This document shows positions 60,705 through 64,000 of a DNA stretch of 64,000 bases, in pieces. This stretch comes from Chrysemys picta bellii (taxonomy: Eukaryota): assembly GCF_011386835.1 (NCBI RefSeq), contig NC_088804.1, positions 23,374,001-23,438,000 of the forward strand. Direction: 5' to 3'. Numbering within the stretch: position 1 is the first letter of the stretch; every line of letters starts with the position of its first letter. A program made the translations under genes and the position numbers. Below the pieces are notes generated by a model that was not told the origin of the DNA, did no database searches, and saw only the letters and a list, made by a program, of their open reading frames with translations.

Positions 60705-62006
60705 ATGGAGCCCGCTGAGGTCAAGACAGCACTCATGAATATTGCAAACACCTCGCGCGTTCTCGTGGAGTTTATGCTCAGCCAGGACCAGAAAAACGAG
60801 GAGAGGAGGCAGCGGCGGCGGCAGCGCAGCGACAAGCATGATGAGGACATGGACACGGACACGGACACAGAATTCAGTGAAACCACAGGCCCCGGTGCTT
60901 TGGAGATCATGTTGTTAATGGGGCAGATTCTATCCATGGAACGCCGATTCTGGGCAAGGGAAACAAGCACAGACTGGTGGGACCGCATAGTGTTGCAGGT
61001 CTGGGACGATTCCCAGTGGCTGCGGAACTTTCGCATGCGTAAGGGCACTTTCATGGAACTTTGTGACTTGCTGTCCCCTGCCCTGAAACGCCAGAATACC
61101 AAGATGAGAGCAGCCCTCACAGTTGAGAAGCGCGTGGCGATAGCCCTGTGGAAGCTTGCAACGCCAGACAGCTACCGGTCAGTCGGGAATCAATTTGGAG
61201 TGGGCAAATCTACTGTGGGGGCTGCTGTGATGCAAGTAGCCAAAGCAATCACTCAGGTGCTGCTACGAAAGTTAGTGACTCTGGGAAATGTGCAGGCGAT
61301 AGTGGATGGTTTTGCTGCAATGGGATTCCCTAACTGTGGTGGGGCAATAGATGGAACCCATATCCCTATCTTGGCACCGGAGCACCAAGCCACCGAGTAC
61401 ATAAACCGCAAGGGGTACTTTTCAATGGTGCTGCAAGCACTTGTGGATCACAAGGGACGTTTCACCAACATCAACGCGGGCTGGGCGGGAAGGGTTCATG
61501 ACGCTCGCGTCTTCAGGAACACTACTCTGTTTAAAGGGCTGCAGCAAGGGACTTACTTTCCGGACCAGAAAATAACCGTTGGGGATGTTGAAATGCCCAT
61601 AGTTATTCTTGGGGACCCAGCCTACCCCTTAATGCCATGGCTTATGAAGCCATACACAGGCAGCCTGGACAGGAGTCAGGAGCTGTTTAACTACAGGCTA
61701 AGCAAGTGCAGAATGGTGGTAGAATGTGCATTTGGCCGTTTAAAAGGTCGCTGGCGTTCATTATTGACTCGCTCTGACCTCAGCCAAAGAAATCTCCCCA
61801 TTGTTATTTCTGCTTGCTGTGTGCTCCACAATCTCTGTGAAAGTAAGGGGGAGACCTTTATGGCGGGGTGGGAGGCTGAGGCAAATCGCCTGGCTGCTGA
61901 TTACGCACAGCCAGACACCAGGGCGATTAGAAGATCACACCATGAAGCGCTGTGCATCAGAGAAGCTTTGAAAACCAGTTTCATGGCTGGCCAGGCTACC
62001 GTGTGA
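60705..62006 (+). CDS. Harbinger DDE transposase (HARBI1-like), uninterrupted, 433 aa
   Basis: MEPAEVK start is homologous to copy 1's MEPAQLK; HTH region FRMRKGTFMELC..YRSVGNQFGVGKSTV; catalytic D216 (IDGTH), D304 (GDPAY) and E340 (VVECAF). Confidence 0.93.
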   Translation: MEPAEVKTALMNIANTSRVLVEFMLSQDQKNEERRQRRRQRSDKHDEDMDTDTDTEFSETTGPGALEIMLLMGQILSMERRFWARETSTDWWDRIVLQVWDDSQWLRNFRMRKGTFMELCDLLSPALKRQNTKMRAALTVEKRVAIALWKLATPDSYRSVGNQFGVGKSTVGAAVMQVAKAITQVLLRKLVTLGNVQAIVDGFAAMGFPNCGGAIDGTHIPILAPEHQATEYINRKGYFSMVLQALVDHKGRFTNINAGWAGRVHDARVFRNTTLFKGLQQGTYFPDQKITVGDVEMPIVILGDPAYPLMPWLMKPYTGSLDRSQELFNYRLSKCRMVVECAFGRLKGRWRSLLTRSDLSQRNLPIVISACCVLHNLCESKGETFMAGWEAEANRLAADYAQPDTRAIRRSHHEALCIREALKTSFMAGQATV

Positions 62007-62107
62007 AATATCTGTTTGTTTCTCCTTCATGAAAACCCTCCCCCTTTACTGACTGATTTTCTGTAAGGAACCCACCCTGCCCCTTCCCCCAGCTTTCTTT
62101 CAAACCA

Positions 62108-62147
62108 AATAAAGTCACTATCATTTAAAAATCATTTATTCTTTATT
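62108..62147. terminator. Convergent polyadenylation signals, copy 2
   Basis: AATAAA at 62108-62113 (+); TTTATT at 62135-62140 and 62142-62147 (AATAAA on -). Confidence 0.6.
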
Positions 62148-62229
62148 AATAGATTAGAAAAAGAGGGAGGGAACCCGGGTGGTATTTGGGAGGAGGATTG
62201 CTGGGAAGGAAAAAGCCACAAAGAAAAGG

Positions 62230-62720
62230 TTAAAAAAATGACAGCCTTTTGCTTGGGCTGTCTACTGGGGTGGAATGGGAAGGTGTACGGAGCCTCCCCC
62301 CCCGCGTTCTTACACGTCTGGGTGAGGAGGATACGGAACATGGGGAGGGGGGAGGGTGGAACAGGGGCTGAAGCGGCAGTCTGTTTTCCAGCAGCCGTTC
62401 CTGAACCTCCACCAGACGCCGGAGCAGCCCCAGCGTTGCATCCTTCATCCTCTGGTCTTCCTGCCGCCATCTCTCATCTCGATCGTCTCTCCTCTCCTCA
62501 CGTTGGTCCCTCCTCTCCTCACGTTGGTCCCTCCTGTCCTCACGATCACTGACTTCTTTCCTATACTTTGAAACTGTTTCCTTCCACTCATTCAGATGAG
62601 CTCTGTCACTCCTGCTGGATTGCATAATTTCAGAAAACATGTCCTCCCGCGTCTTCTTCTTACGACGCCTTATCTGTGATAACCTTCGGGATGGAGGAGG
62701 GAGGCTTGAGGAATTTGCAG
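62230..62720 (-). CDS. Harbinger Myb/SANT protein, exon 2 (copy 2); exon 1 is outside the window
   Basis: Acceptor ttttcccctccctaCAGCAG; open frame ..RRLSQIRRRKKKTREDMFSEIMQ..SKRLSFF*, homologous to copy 1 exon 2. Confidence 0.85.
62489..62545. repeat. 21-bp in-frame tandem repeat (RRDQREE) in Myb exon 2
   Basis: ctcctctcctcacgttggtcc at 62489 and 62510, with a partial third unit at 62531. Confidence 0.9.
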
Positions 62721-62934
62721 CTGCTGTAGGGAGGGGAAAAAAGAGAGAATTGTTTTAAAAGCTACATTTTGCAGAACAATGCTTATACTCTTTCACGGTG
62801 ACCAACACTGTTCACATTACATAGCACATGTGATTTCTGTGCAAGGTCGCATTTTGCCTCTTAATGCTGAGTGCCTGTGGCTTTGCTGCTAGAGATCACA
62901 GGTCTGGGCAACAGAATTCGGCTTGCATGCGGCC

Positions 62935-63899
62935 ATGGTAAGCCATTGTTTTACAGCTTCTGCACCCTCCTTTCCCACATACCAAGCATAGCTTGTAGAG
63001 TGCTGCAGAAGCCTGGCCAATCTCAGCCAGTTTGGGGGGGGGGCAGTGTGGTGGGGCTTGTCTGGGCCCCTTCAGGCAAGTAGAGTGCTGCGGTTTTTCT
63101 GTTAACATTCAGCAGCACCAGAAAACAAACTAACCCCCCCCCCCCCCGCCATGAATTCTCTGGGATGATCACGGTACCCCCCCCCCCCCCACCGCGTGGC
63201 TGGTATCAGGGAAGATCCCTGCAGGCACCAAACTACCCCCCCCCCCCCGCCGCTGACCCCCCCCCCCCTCGCCATGAATTCTCTGGGATGATCACGGTAC
63301 CCTCCCCCCACCGCGTGGCTGGTAACAGGGAAGATCCCTGCAGGCACCAAACTACCCCCCCCCCCCCGCCACCGACCCCCCCCCCCTCGCCATGAATTCT
63401 CTGGGATGATCACGGTACCCTCCCCCCACCGCGTGGCTGGTAACAGGGAAGATCCCTGCTAGCCAAACGCGAAAAACTCAGGGCCAATTTCCCATCTGCG
63501 CTTGGCTAACTGCAGGGAAGGATTTATTTTCCGCCACAGGCAAACAGCCCAGTAGGAACGGCCACCTCTGTCCCCTTAATTAAGTTCCCGTATTTCAACC
63601 AGGTTACCAGGAGTGATATCACTCTCCTGAGGATTACACAACAAGATAAAGAACGGATGTTGCTTGAATGCCAGCAAACACCGGGACCATACGCTGCCAG
63701 GCTTTGTCAGGCAATGATACCAGATTACTTGCTGCAAGCATGGCGTGGTCAAGTGTCCTACCATGGAGGAGGGAATAAGGATGCACTGCCCAGAAACCTT
63801 CTGGCAAGGCTTTCGGAGTACCTCCAGGAGAGCTTCATGGAGATGTCCCTGGAGGATTTCCGCTCCATCCCCATACACGTTAACAGACTTTTCCAGTAG
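62935..63899 (+). CDS. Nested third Harbinger gene, 120-aa BEN-domain-like protein; join(62935-62937,63540-63899)
   Basis: gcggccATG|GTAAGC donor; CTAAC branch point at 63506-63510; atttattttccgccaCAG acceptor at 63539; phase 0 join gives MANSPVG...NRLFQ*; ATTAAA at 63957. All signals are conserved in copy 1. Confidence 0.7.
63110..63460. repeat. C-rich (G-rich on minus) tandem repeat, about 3 x 118 bp, inside Harbinger copy 2
   Basis: cagggaagatc recurs at 63207, 63326 and 63444. Confidence 0.9.
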
Positions 63900-64000
63900 C
63901 TACAGACTTTTCCAGTACCTGAACTGACCGCGAATGCAAAGTCAGACAAAGTAATCATTAAAAACCGTTTGCTTTTAAAACAAGTTTTATATTTTAAAAG

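Larger units (their letters stand above)
60312..64000 (+). mobile_element. PIF/Harbinger DNA transposon, copy 2, candidate autonomous; truncated by the window edge
   Basis: TTA then TIR GGGTATGTCTACACTACGGGATTAATCCG; collinear with the reverse complement of copy 1 up to the last base, which lies about 10 nt before the expected Myb exon 1 donor. Confidence 0.95.

Noticed and set aside
60488-61120. 210-aa antisense ORF over the transposase 5' half (and 6758-7000 in copy 1)
   Set aside because: Shadow frame of a GC-rich coding sequence; no domain signature, and lengths differ between copies.
63883-63917. 19-bp-period duplication at the stop codon of the nested gene
   Set aside because: Private to copy 2, lies after the stop and leaves the ORF unchanged.

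Overview
Vertebrate, almost certainly turtle, genomic DNA: it carries the tortoise tRNA-derived SINE and turtle-type CR1, Penelope and Harbinger elements. I recognise no host protein-coding gene, so the window looks intergenic or deep-intronic and is rich in repeats. Two related PIF/Harbinger DNA transposons in opposite orientation dominate it. Copy 1 (3067-7529) is complete; its transposase has two nonsense codons but its spliced Myb/SANT gene is still open. Copy 2 (60312 to beyond the window end) has an uninterrupted 433-aa DDE transposase. Main discovery: both copies carry a third, spliced gene nested antisense inside the Myb-gene intron. It has a Kozak ATG|GTAAGC donor, a CTAAC branch point, a pyrimidine tract with CAG acceptor, and an ATTAAA signal. 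It encodes a 120-aa protein with a BEN-domain-like pattern, intact in copy 2 and frameshifted in copy 1; the BEN call is by eye and needs an HMM test. Other content: a Penelope 3' end with GIY-YIG remnant and minimal hammerhead ribozyme, a CR1 split by copy 1 and a solo LTR, a GC-rich hAT element that is almost entirely a foldback palindrome, many MITEs and MIR-type SINEs, microsatellites and six N blocks.
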